Positions 1 through 12,724 of a stretch of 64,000 bases of DNA are shown piece after piece. How positions within the stretch are numbered: the stretch's first letter is position 1; every line of letters begins with the position of its first letter. The translations under genes and the position numbers were made by a program. The DNA lies in assembly GCA_051530055.1 (NCBI GenBank), contig CM121341.1:3693761-3757760 (forward strand), read 5' to 3'. The DNA comes from Neoechinorhynchus agilis. Its lineage: Eukaryota; Animalia; Acanthocephala. The notes beneath the pieces were generated by a model. That model ran no database searches and was not told the origin of the DNA. It worked only from the letters and a program-made list of their open reading frames with translations.

Positions 1-3000
1 TTATCCCTAAAAAGATCGTTTATCGCGAAAATCGGATTCAGCGCCTAGGGAAAGTTTAAGCGGTCTTGAACATTCTCTAAATCATTTGAACTTTAGTTTC
101 GAAGAACTTTTATCCCTAAAAAGATCGTTTATCGCGAAAATCGGATTCAGCGCCTAGGGAAAGTTTAAGCGGATATCCGTTTCAAAGTCTGTTTTTTATT
201 TCGATTTAACCTTTCTTGAACATTCTCTAAATAATCTGAACTCGAGTTTCGAAGAACTTTTATCCCTAAAAAGATCGTTTATCGCGAAAATCGGATTCAG
301 CGCCTTGGGAAAGTTTAAGCGGTCTTGAACATTCTCTAAATCATTTGAACTTTAGTTTCGAAGAACTTTTATCCCTAAAAAGATCGTTTATCGCGAAAAT
401 CGGATTCAGCGCCTAGGGAAAGTTTAAGCGGTCTTGAACATTCTCTAAATCATTTGAACTTTAGTTTCAAGAACTTTTATCCCTAAAAAGATCGTTTATC
501 GCGAAAATCGGATTCAGCGCCTAGGGAAAGTTTAAGCGGTTTTGAACATTCTCTAAATCATTTGAACTCTAGTTTCGAAGAACTTTTATCCCTAAAAAGA
601 TCGTTTATCGCGAAAATCGGATTCAGCGCCTAGGGAAAGTTTAAGCGGATATCCGTTTCAAAGTCTGTTTTTTATTTCGATTTAACCTTTTTTGAACATT
701 CTCTAAATCATTTGAACTCGAGTTTCGAAGAACTTTTATCCCTAAAAAGATCGTTTATCGCGAAAATCGGATTCAGCGCCTAGGGAAAGTTTAAGCGGAT
801 ATCCGTTTCAAAGTCTGTTTTTTATTTCGATTTAACCTTTTTTGAACATTCTCTAAATCATTTGAACTCGAGTTTCGAAGAACTTTTATCCCTAAAAAGA
901 TCGTTTATCGCGAAAATCGGATTCAGCGCCTGGGGAAAGTTTAAGCGGATATCCGTTTCAAAGTCTGTTTTTTATTTCGATTTAACCTTTCTTGAACATT
1001 CTCTAAATCATTTGAACTTTAGTTTCGAAGAACTTTTATCCCTAAAAAGATCGTTTATCGCGAAAATCGGATTCAGCGCCTAGGGAAAGTTTAAGCGGAT
1101 ATCCGTTTCAAAGTCTGTTTTTTATTTCGATTTAACCTTTTTTGAACATTCTCTAAATCATTTGAACTCGAGTTTCGAAGAACTTTTATCCCTAAAAAGA
1201 TCGTTTATCGCGAAAACCGGATTCAGCGCCTAGGGAAAGTTTAAGCGGATATCCGTTTCAAAGTCTGTTTTTTATTTCGATTTAACCTTTTTTGAACATT
1301 CTCTAAATCATTTGAACTCGAGTTTCGAAGAACTTTTATCCCTAAAAAGATCGTTTATCGCGAAAATCGGATTCAGCGCCTAGGGAAAGTTTAAGCGGAT
1401 ATCCGTTTCAAAGTCTGTTTTTTATTTCGATTTAACCTTTCTTGAACATTCTCTAAATCATTTGAACTCGAGTTTCGAAGAACTTTTATCCCTAAAAAGA
1501 TCGTTTATCGCGAAAATCGGATTCAGCGCCTGGGGAAAGTTTAAGCGGTCTTGAACATTCTCTAAATAATTTGAACTTTAGTTTCGAAGAACTTTTATCC
1601 CTAAAAAGATCGTTTATCGCGAAAATCGGATTCAGCGCCTAGGGAAAGTTTAAGCGGATATCCGTTTCAAAGTCTGTTTTTTATTTCGATTTAACCTTTT
1701 TTGAACATTCTCTAAATCATTTGAACTCGAGTTTCGAAGAACTTTTATCCCTAAAAAGATCGTTTATCGCGAAAACCGGATTCAGCGCCTGGGGAAAGTT
1801 TAAGCGGTCTTGAACATTCTCTAAATCATTTGAACTTTAGTTTCGAAGAACTTTTATCCCTAAAAAGATCGTTTATCGCGAAAATCGGATTCAGCGCCTA
1901 GGGAAAGTTTAAGCGGATATCCGTTTCAAAGTCTGTTTTTTATTTCGATTTAACCTTTTTTGAACATTCTCTAAATCATTTGAACTCGAGTTTCGAAGAA
2001 CTTTTATCCCTAAAAAGATCGTTTATCGCGAAAATCGGATTCAGCGCTAGGGAAAGTTTAAGCGGATATCCGTTTCAAAGTCTGTTTTTTATTTCGATTT
2101 AACCTTTTTTGAACATTCTCTAAATCATTTGAACTCGAGTTTCGAAGAACTTTTATCCCTAAAAAGATCGTTTATCGCGAAAACGATTCAGCGCCTGGGG
2201 AAAGTTTAAGCGGTCTTGAACATTCTCTAAATCATTTGAACTTTCAAACACCAAAACGCGAAAACCGGATTCAGCGCCTGGGAAAGTTTAAGCGGATATC
2301 CGTTTAAAGTCTGTTTTTTATTTCGATTTAACCTTTTTTGAACATTCTCTAAATCATTTGAACTCGAGTTTCGAAGAACTTTTATCCCTAAAAAGATCGT
2401 TTATCGCGAAAATCGGATTCAGCGCCTAGGGAAAGTTTAAGCGGATATCCGTTTCAAAGTCTGTTTTTTATTTCGATTTAACCTTTTTTGAACATTCTCT
2501 AAATCATTTGAACTCGAGTTTCGAAGAACTTTTATCCCTAAAAAGATCGTTTATCGCGAAAATCGGATTCAGCGCCTAGGGAAAGTTTAAGCGGATATCC
2601 GTTTCAAAGTCTGTTTTTTATTTCGATTTAACCTTTCTTGAACATTCTCTAAATCATTTGAACTCGAGTTTCGAAGAACTTTTATCCCTAAAAAGATCGT
2701 TTATCGCGAAAACCGGATTCAGCGCCTGGGGAAAGTTTAAGCGGTCTTGAACATTCTCTAAATCATTTGAACTTTAGTTTCGAAGAACTTTTATCCCTAA
2801 AAAGATCGTTTATCGCGAAAATCGGATTCAGCGCCTAGGGAAAGTTTAAGCGGATATCCGTTTCAAGTCTGTTTTTTATTTCGATTTAACCTTTTTTGAA
2901 CATTCTCTAAATCATTTGAACTCGAGTTTCGAAGAACTTTTATCCCTAAAAAGATCGTTTATCGCGAAACCGGATTCAGCGCCTGGGGAAAGTTTAAGCG

Positions 3001-6000
3001 GTCTTGAACATTCTCTAAATCATTTGAACTTTAGTTTCGAAGAACTTTTATCCCTAAAAGATCGTTTATCGCGAAAACCGGATTCAGCGCCTGGGGAAAG
3101 TTTAAGCGGATATCCGTTTCAAAGTCTGTTTTTTATTTCGATTTAACCTTTCTTGAACATTCTCTAAATCATTTGAACTTTAGTTTCGAAGAACTTTATC
3201 CCTAAAAAGATCGTTTATCGCGAAAATCGGATTCAGCGCCTAGGGAAAGTTTAAGCGGATATCCGTTTCAAAGTCTGTTTTTTATTTCGATTTAACCTTT
3301 TTTGAACATTCTCTAAATCATTTGAACTCGAGTTTCGAAGAACTTTTATCCCTAAAAAGATCGTTTATCGCGAAAATCGGATTCAGCGCCTAGGGAAAGT
3401 TTAAGCGGATATCCGTTTCAAAGTCTGTTTTTTATTTCGATTTAACCTTTTTTGAACATTCTCTAAATCATTTGAACTCGAGTTTCGAAGAACTTTTATC
3501 CCTAAAAAGATCGTTTATCGCGAAAACCGGATTCAGCGCCTGGGGAAAGTTTAAGCGGTCTTGAACATTCTCTAAATATTTGAACTTTAGTTTCGAAGAA
3601 CTTTTATCCCTAAAAAGATCGTTTATCGCGAAAATCGGATTCAGCGCCTAGGGAAAGTTTAAGCGGATATCCGTTTCAAAGTCTGTTTTTTATTTCGATT
3701 TAACCTTTCTTGAACATTCTCTAAATAATCTGAACTCGAGTTTCGAAGAACTTTTATCCCTAAAAAGATCGTTTATCGCGAAAACCGGATTCAGCGCCTG
3801 GGGAAAGTTTAAGCGGTCTTGAACATTCTCTAAATCATTTGAACTTTAGTTTCGAAGAACTTTTATCCCTAAAAAGATCGTTTATCGCGAAAACCGGATT
3901 CAGCGCCTGGGGAAAGTTTAAGCGGATATCCGTTTTAAAGTCTGTTTTTTATTTCGATTTAACCTTTCTTGAACATTCTCTAAATCATTTGAACTTTAGT
4001 TTCGAAGAACTTTTATCCCTAAAAAGATCGTTTATCGCGAAAATCGGATTCAGCGCCTAGGGAAAGTTTAAGCGGATATCCGTTTCAAAGTCTGTTTTTT
4101 ATTTCGATTTAACCTTTTTTGAACATTCTCTAAATCATTTGAACTCGAGTTTCGAAGAACTTTTATCCCTAAAAAGATCGTTTATCGCGAAAATCGGATT
4201 CAGCGCCTAGGGAAAGTTTAAGCGGATATCCGTTTCAAAGTCTGTTTTTTATTTCGATTTAACCTTTCTTGAACATTCTCTAAATAATCTGAACTCGAGT
4301 TTCGAAGAACTTTTATCCCTAAAAAGATCGTTTATCGCGAAAACGGATTCAGCGCCTGGGAAAGTTTAAGCGGTCTTGAACATTCTCTAAATCATTTGAA
4401 CTTTAGTTTCGAAGAACTTTTATCCCTAAAAAGATCGTTTATCGCGAAAATCGGATTCAGCGCCTAGGGAAAGTTTAAGCGGATATCCGTTTCAAAGTCT
4501 GTTTTTTATTTCGATTTAACCTTTTTTGAACATTCTCTAAATCATTTGAACTCGAGTTTCGAAGAACTTTTATCCCTAAAAAGATCGTTTATCGCGAAAA
4601 CCGGATTCAGCGCCTGGGAAAGTTTAAGCGGTCTTGAACATTCTCTAAATCATTTGAACTTTAGTTTCGAAGAACTTTTATCCCTAAAAAGATCGTTTAT
4701 CGCGAAAATCGGATTCAGCGCCTAGGGAAAGTTTAAGCGGATATCCGTTTCAAAGTCTGTTTTTTATTTCGATTTAACCTTTTTTGAACATTCTCTAAAT
4801 CATTTGAACTCGAGTTTCGAAGAACTTTTATCCTAAAAGATCGTTTATCGCGAAAACCGGATTCAGCGCCTGGGAAAGTTTAAGCGGTCTTGAACATTCT
4901 CTAAATCATTTGAACTTTAGTTTCGAAGAACTTTTATCCCTAAAAAGATCGTTTATCGCGAAAATCGGATTCAGCGCCTAGGGAAAGTTTAAGCGGATAT
5001 CCGTTTCAAAGTCTGTTTTTTATTTCGATTTAACCTTTCTTGAACATTCTCTAAATCATTTGAACTCGAGTTTCGAAGAACTTTTATCCCTAAAAAGATC
5101 GTTTATCGCGAAAATCGGATTCAGCGCCTAGGGAAAGTTTAAGCGGATATCCGTTTCAAAGTCTGTTTTTTATTTCGATTTAACCTTTTTTGAACATTCT
5201 CTAAATCATTTGAACTCGAGTTTCGAAGAACTTTTATCCCTAAAAAGATCGTTTATCGCGAAAATCGGATTCAGCGCCTAGGGAAAGTTTAAGCGGATAT
5301 CCGTTTCAAAGTCTGTTTTTTATTTCGATTTAACCTTTCTTGAACATTCTCTAAATATTTTTGAACATTCTCTAAATCATTTGAACTCGAGTTTCGAAGA
5401 ACTTTTATCCCTAAAAAGATCGTTTATCGCGAAAACCGGATTCAGCGCCTGGGGAAAGTTTAAGCGGTCTTGAACATTCTCTAAATCATTTGAACTTTAG
5501 TTTCGAAGAACTTTTATCCCTAAAAAGATCGTTTATCGCGAAAATCGGATTCAGGGATTGCGGATATCCGTTTCAAAGTCTTTTTTTATTTCGATTTAAC
5601 CTTTTTGAACATTCTCTAAATCATTTGAACTCGAGTTTCGAAGAACTTTTATCCCTAAAAAGATCGTTTATCGCGAAAATCGGATTCAGCGCCTGGGGAA
5701 AGTTTAAGCGGATATCCGTTTCAAAGTCTGTTTTTTATTTCGATTTAACCTTTCTTGAACATTCTCTAAATCATTTGAACTTTAGTTTCGAAGAACTTTT
5801 ATCCCTAAAAAGATCGTTTATCGCGAAAATCGGATTCAGCGCCTAGGGAAAGTTTAAGCGGATATCCGTTTCAAAGTCTGTTTTTTATTTCGATTTAACC
5901 TTTTTTGAACATTCTCTAAATCATTTGAACTCGAGTTTCGAAGAACTTTTATCCCTAAAAAGATCGTTTATCGCGAAAATCGGATTCAGCGCCTAGGGAA

Positions 6001-9000
6001 AGTTTAAGCGGATATCCGTTTCAAAGTCTGTTTTTTATTTCGATTTAACCTTTCTTGAACATTCTCTAAATCATTTGAACTTTAGTTTCGAAGAACTTTT
6101 ATCCCTAAAAAGATCGTTTATCGCGAAAATCGGATTCAGCGCCTAGGGAAAGTTTAAGCGGATATCCGTTTCAAAGTCTGTTTTTTATTTCGATTTAACC
6201 TTTCTTGAACATTCTCTAAATCATTTGAACTCGAGTTTCGAAGAACTTTTATCCCTAAAAAGATCGTTTATCGCGAAAATCGGATTCAGCGCCTAGGGAA
6301 AGTTTAAGCGGATATCCGTTTCAAAGTCTGTTTTTTATTTCGATTTAACCTTTCTTGAACATTCTCTAAATCATTTGAACTCGAGTTTCGAAGAACTTTT
6401 ATCCCTAAAAAGATCGTTTATCGCGAAAATCGGATTCAGCGCCTAGGGAAAGTTTAAGCGGAATTTTAAGTCTGTTTTTATTTCGATTTAACCTTTCTTG
6501 AACATTCTCTAAATCATTTGAACTCGAGTTTCGAAGAACTTTTATCCCTAAAAAGATCGTTTATCGCGAAAATCGGATTCAGCGCCTAGGGAAAGTTTAA
6601 GCGGATATCCGTTTCAAAGTCTGTTTTTTATTTCGATTTAACCTTTCTTGAACATTCTCTAAATCATTTGAACTTTAGTTTCGAAGAACTTTTATCCCTA
6701 AAAAGATCGTTTATCGCGAAAATCGGATTCAGCGCCTAGGGAAAGTTTAAGCGGATATCCGTTTCAAAGTCTGTTTTTTATTTCGATTTAACCTTTTTTG
6801 AACATTCTCTAAATCATTTGAACTCGAGTTTCGAAGAACTTTTATCCCTAAAAAGATCGTTTATCGCGAAAATCGGATTCAGCGCCTTGGGAAAGTTTAA
6901 GCGGTCTTGAACATTCTCTAAATCATTTGAACTTTAGTTTCGAAGAACTTTTATCCCTAAAAAGATCGTTTATCGCGAAAATCGGATTCAGCGCCTAGGG
7001 AAAGTTTAAGCGGATATCCGTTTCAAAGTCTGTTTTTTATTTCGATTTAACCTTTTTTGAACATTCTCTAAATCATTTGAACTCGAGTTTCGAAGAACTT
7101 TTATCCCTAAAAAGATCGTTTATCGCGAAAATCGGATTCAGCGCCTGGGGAAAGTTTAAGCGGATATCCGTTTCAAAGTCTGTTTTTTATTTCGATTTAA
7201 CCTTTCTTGAACATTCTCTAAATCATTTGAACTTTAGTTTCGAAGAACTTTTATCCCTAAAAAGATCGTTTATCGCGAAAATCGGATTCAGCGCCTGGGG
7301 AAAGTTTAAGCGGATATCCGTTTCAAAGTCTGTTTTTTATTTCGATTTAACCTTTCTTGAACATTCTCTAAATCATTTGAACTCGAGTTTCGAAGAACTT
7401 TTATCCCTAAAAAGATCGTTTATCGCGAAAATCGGATTCAGCGCCTGGGGAAAGTTTAAGCGGATATCCGTTTCAAAGTCTGTTTTTTATTTCGATTTAA
7501 CCTTTCTTGAACATTCTCTAAATCATTTGAACTTTAGTTTCGAAGAACTTTTATCCCTAAAAAGATCGTTTATCGCGAAAATCGGATTCAGCGCCTAGGG
7601 AAAGTTTAAGCGGATATCCGTTTCAAAGTCTGTTTTTTATTTCGATTTAACCTTTTTTGAACATTCTCTAAATCATTTGAACTCGGTTTCGAAGAACTTT
7701 TATCCCTAAAAAGATCGTTTATCGCGAAAATCGGATTCAGCGCCTAGGGAAAGTTTAAGCGGATATCCGTTTCAAAGTCTGTTTTTTATTTCGATTTAAC
7801 CTTTTTTGAACATTCTCTAAATCATTTGAACTCGAGTTTCGAAGAACTTTTATCCCTAAAAAGATCGTTTATCGCGAAAATCGGATTCAGCGCCTAGGGA
7901 AAGTTTAAGCGGATATCCGTTTCAAAGTCTGTTTTTTATTTCGATTTAACCTTTTTTGAACATTCTCTAAATAATCTGAACTCGAGTTTCGAAGAACTTT
8001 TATCCCTAAAAAGATCGTTTATCGCGAAAACCGGATTCAGCGCCTAGGGAAAGTTTAAGCGGATATCCGTTTCAAAGTCTGTTTTTTATTTCGATTTAAC
8101 CTTTTTTGAACATTCTCTAAATCATTTGAACTCGAGTTTCGAAGAACTTTTATCCCTAAAAAGATCGTTTATCGCGAAAATCGGATTCAGCGCCTGGGGA
8201 AAGTTTAAGCGGATATCCGTTTCAAAGTCTGTTTTTTATTTCGATTTAACCTTTCTTGAACATTCTCTAAATCATTTGAACTTTAGTTTCGAAGAACTTT
8301 TATCCCTAAAAAGATCGTTTCTCGCGAAAATCGGATTCAGCGCCTAGGGAAAGTTTAAGCGGATATCCGTTTCAAAGTCTGTTTTTTATTTCGATTTAAC
8401 CTTTCTTGAACATTCTCTAAATAATCTGAACTCGAGTTTCGAAGAACTTTTATCCCTAAAAAGATCGTTTATCGCGAAAACCGGATTCAGCGCCTGGGGA
8501 AAGTTTAAGCGGTCTTGAACATTCTCTAAATCATTTGAACTTTAGTTTCGAAGAACTTTTATCCCTAAAAAGATCGTTTATCGCGAAAATCGGATTCAGC
8601 GCCTAGGGAAAGTTTAAGCGGATATCCGTTTCAAAGTCTGTTTTTTATTTCGATTTAACCTTTTTTGAACATTCTCTAAATCATTTGAACTCGAGTTTCG
8701 AAGAACTTTTATCCCTAAAAAGATCGTTTATCGCGAAAATCGGATTCAGCGCCTAGGGAAAGTTTAAGCGGATATCCGTTTCAAAGTCTGTTTTTTATTT
8801 CGATTTAACCTTTTTTGAACATTCTCTAAATCATTTGAACTCGAGTTTCGAAGAACTTTTATCCCTAAAAAGATCGTTTATCGCGAAAACGGATTCAGCG
8901 CCTGGGAAAGTTTAAGCGGTTTGAACATTCTCTAAATATTTGAACTAGTTTCGAAGAACTTTTATCCCTAAAAAGATCGTTTATCGCGAAAATCGGATTC

Positions 9001-9772
9001 AGCGCCTAGGGAAAGTTTAAGCGGATATCCGTTTCAAAGTCTGTTTTTTATTTCGATTTAACCTTTTTTGAACATTCTCTAAATCATTTGAACTCGAGTT
9101 TCGAAGAACTTTTATCCCTAAAAAGATCGTTTATCGCGAAAACCGGATTCAGCGCCTAGGGAAAGTTTAAGCGGATATCCGTTTCAAAGTCTGTTTTTTA
9201 TTTCGATTTAACCTTTTTTGAACATTCTCTAAATCATTTGAACTCGAGTTTCGAAGAACTTTTATCCCTAAAAAGATCGTTTATCGCGAAAACCGGATTC
9301 AGCGCCTGGGAAAGTTTAAGCGGTTTGAACATTCTCTAAATATTGAACTAGTTTCGAAGAACTTTTATCCCTAAAAAGATCGTTTTCGCGAAAACGGATT
9401 CAGCGCCTAGGGAAAGTTTAAGCGGATATCCGTTTCAAAGTCTGTTTTTTATTTCGATTTAACCTTTCTTGAACATTCTCTAAATAATCTGAACTCGAGT
9501 TTCGAAGAACTTTTATCCCTAAAAAGATCCCAAAACACCTTTAAGCGGATATCCGTTTAAAAGTCTGTTTTTTATTTCGATTTAACCTTTTTTGAACATT
9601 CTCTAAATCATTTGAACTCGAGTTTCGAAGAACTTTTATCCCTAAAAAGATCGATTATCGCGAAAACCGGATTCAGCGCCTAGGGAAAGTTTAAGCGGAT
9701 ATCCGTTTCAAAGTCTGTTTTTTATTTCGATTTAACCTTTCTTGGACATTCTCTAAATCATGTGAGCTCGAG
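1..9772. repeat. Tandem satellite array 1, 150-bp unit with 109-bp deletion variant (roughly 70 copies; open at window start)
   Basis: TTGAACATTCTCTAAATC recurs at 66, 216 and 325 (spacings 150 and 109). The short unit lacks ATATCCGTTTCAAAGTCTGTTTTTTATTTCGATTTAACCTT. The last, diverged copy ends ~9772, 18 nt before the POLA2 ATG. Confidence 0.98.
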
Positions 9773-9790
9773 GGCAAATCGTGCATTCAG

Positions 9791-12520
9791 ATGGACCTTG
9801 ATAGCGATCTTTCGTTGTACGGAATCGAGTTTGATGGGGATTCGAGTGTTCAAAAGTATAAGGAGATTGTAGACGAATTTGGAAATGAACGATCGATTAA
9901 TGTGTTTGTCTCGTTATGCATAGGTCCAACAAAGACCGTTATTAATGATGAGGTCATTGCAAAGGCACTTAGAAAGGTTTCAAAAATGTTTTTGCAAATC
10001 GAATCATATTTGTATTTAGTTGAGAACGTCCAAAATTCGCAATGAACAGGTTATCGAAGCTCTACCAAGGCATAAACGGTATTCAAAGCCTAAACTCTTT
10101 GATGTAAACCTCAATGTTCTTGGCAATAATGGAGATTCAAAGGCGTTTGAAGTCGGGCTCATTGAAGAGTTCAATGTGAATTATGACGAGGAATCGTTCG
10201 AACGTTGTGGTATTGAAGATTTTACGATCGACGATGAACATCAATGGTCAAAATTTAAGTGAGATAGACAGTTTCATTGAGTTTGGTAGTGTTTCTTAGA
10301 TCAATATCTTAGCATAATTAATGCTTTCAAATTAAAATCGTGGTTTTCAGACGTAGAGCGTTCATTTGATTTAAGTCGACGCTAAAATTAAATTGTATTT
10401 ATGAAAAATTTTACTAAGGGAGTAATACAAATTCCGAACCCTAGCCATTACGACAATTGATGTCCTCAATCCAAGCTCCGCAGAATTTTTAATTAAAAAA
10501 GATTTCGATTACTATCTTCGTCGGAAACAATACTTTCTTTTGGTATTTAAGTTCACTAATTTATTACCGATATTTCACGTCGGATAATTCCGACATTTTC
10601 TCAAGGTTTGTTATTCTAAAATTGTTTCGAGATCAAATTTAAAGTTATAAAGCTGTTTTTCGCAGTGAGAGATCGTTAGCAAAAAGATAATTGTGCTATT
10701 GAAGACTTTTACGATCGACGATGAACATCAATGGTCAAAATTATCCGGGGTTGGAAAACTACCAAAAGAAAGTTACGAGGGCAGCGAACTAAAAAAGTTA
10801 TCATCGAGAATTGTCGTCGGAGTGAATTTGATTCGAGTTTGGCGACGTTTTCCCCCAGATTGTTGTTGATGTTGATCCTCCTATGTTTTTTGCTTACCTC
10901 TTTGGTTATATCTACAAATTAAGCTAAAGTCAAAATTGGACTATAGGCTTGGATCCGCGGGTTCGCCAAGCGATTCAGAAAGGGAATACTCGCTGCATCC
11001 TCGGGTTTTTTTTATGGAAAAGGACTTTTCACCGTTTCCATCGGAACTTTCAGCGCTTGGATATTTTCAAAAATTTCTAAAGTGTTAGATCAAAACTTAA
11101 TTTACTTATTGACGCATCCTTTGCCATGAACATGTCTTCTCATAAAGATGGAATCCTGTTTATGCCACAAGACGAAGCCCGCCATCGGGCCTATGGTAAG
11201 CTTTCCATTTTTTAATCAACATCGTACATCTCTATGAACACGATTAGTTTTGAACCAACTGATAGATGAAGCTGAGTCAGATTTCAAGTTAAATTTCGGT
11301 GAATTAACTGAAGATATTGCTTTGTGTGGTCGTATCGTGAGCATGGACGAAACATCAACCGATCGAATGTCATTTGAATCAGTTGGATTACAGTGCTCAT
11401 TGAGACGAGGTGACGGAGCTTGCGTTCTCTTAGATTTTTCAGTGTTCAAAGGAAGCTTAAGTTTGTTTCCTGGACAGGTTAGAAAAGTTTAATACGTTCG
11501 AGAGAAAAACCCGTCAAATAGTTAATAGCATGCATTGGACATGCATCCGATGGGTGTATTAAAGTTAAAAAAATTATAGAGGTTCACCTTTTTTCTCGAT
11601 ACAAAAAGCTAAAATAACGTACATTTTAAGAGGTCATTACCTGTAAAAGAAGCCAGTTCCTTACCTTCTGGTCTACGAATTGGAGTGGCTTGTGGGCCCT
11701 TTCTTAAGCGATCAGTTAATGGCGTTAAAACGATCAATTTTGACAACATTGGTCGTCTAATTTTAACTATGATATCCTCAACAGTTGATGTTGTATTCCT
11801 GGTAAGATTGTTTTTATCGCCTCAAAACTCTTTCCACTTTTAAAAAGATTGGTCCATTTGTACAAGAAAGATCAACGAGCCTTCAAGTAACGTACGACGA
11901 GTGTTTTGCAGCTCTCATGGAGATCATCCAAGCTCACATGCTGCCTAAAACTCACGTATTCATTGTTCCTTCAATTGAAGACGCTGCACATCAATTGCCA
12001 GTGTTTCCACAACCACCGTTCCCGCAATTTTCTCATTTAAACAACATTCATATGCTTCCAAATCCGTGCGTTTTGACTTTAAAGACCAAGGATAAGAATC
12101 TTTTGCGTGTTGGAGTGACCAGTGTTGATGTCATAAAGAATATCTCAGCTGAGGAAATCAATCGGTAAGCTCTAAATTATGGAGGAAATTTTTGTGAAAC
12201 AAAATACAAATAGAAACATGTCGTCCACTCACAGTGATCGAATCAGTCGTCTTATTGAACATCTCAATAAACAACGCTGCTTTTATCCAATATACCCACC
12301 ACAAATATCCGTGGACTATAATTATTGGACAAACACGATTCTCACGCAATCGGACATTCTACTTCTTCCTTCCGATCTTAAACACTTTTGCAGAAACATC
12401 AACGGATGCACCACGTTCAATCCAGGAAGGTTTTTGAGGAGAGACAAACCAGAAATATTTTCCATAATCACGGTGAATAAAGCAGGGATTTCGGCGAAAG
12501 TTCTTAAAGTTGAAGATTAA
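9791..12520 (+). CDS. POLA2: DNA polymerase alpha subunit B (p68/p70). Exons 9791-9976, 10020-10209, 11148-11195, 11248-11477, 11522-11581, 11631-11801, 11848-12164, 12214-12520 (1509 nt, 502 aa)
   Basis: Hand-spliced GT-AG model stays in frame. Motifs match POLA2/Pol12: IALCGRI, LDFS..LSLFPGQ, GVACGPF, VFL-IGPFV, IVPSIEDAAHQLPVFPQPPF, HLNKQRCFYPIYPP, LLLPSDLKHF, TFNPGRF. The intron 2 donor (10210) is the least certain boundary. Confidence 0.9.
10735..10900 (+). mobile_element. Possible degenerate LINE ORF2 3' remnant inside POLA2 intron 2
   Basis: Broken frames give LENYQKKVTRAA and LKKLSSRIVVGVNLIRVW, loosely like the CR1/L2 C-terminal LE.VQRRATR...L..L..RR..DLI.V.K. Confidence 0.3.
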
Positions 12521-12724
12521 ATCTTATAAAGTTGTCACCAGTATCCGGGTCTACACGATGAACTTTTAGATTTTTGCAATCATCTCGATCCGTTTACATT
12601 TTTATTAATCTGGGCTCAATAATACTTTTTCAATTCCAACCTTGATAGTTGTTAAATCGTGAATGTAGGTCAGTTCTTGTAACAATTAACGGTTTATTTA
12701 TTTATTATCAAGGCCTCATGATCT

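Noticed and set aside
862-8347. Repeated 73-173-aa ORFs in array 1, and likewise the ORFs in arrays 2, 3, 4, 6 and 7/8
   Set aside because: They start at TTG/CTG-type codons, are opened by single variants or indels of the repeat unit, and show no protein motifs. They are by-products of tandem repetition.
1-9772. CRISPR-like appearance of the regular repeats
   Set aside because: Units are fully repeated with no unique spacers, the context is eukaryotic, and there are no cas genes.
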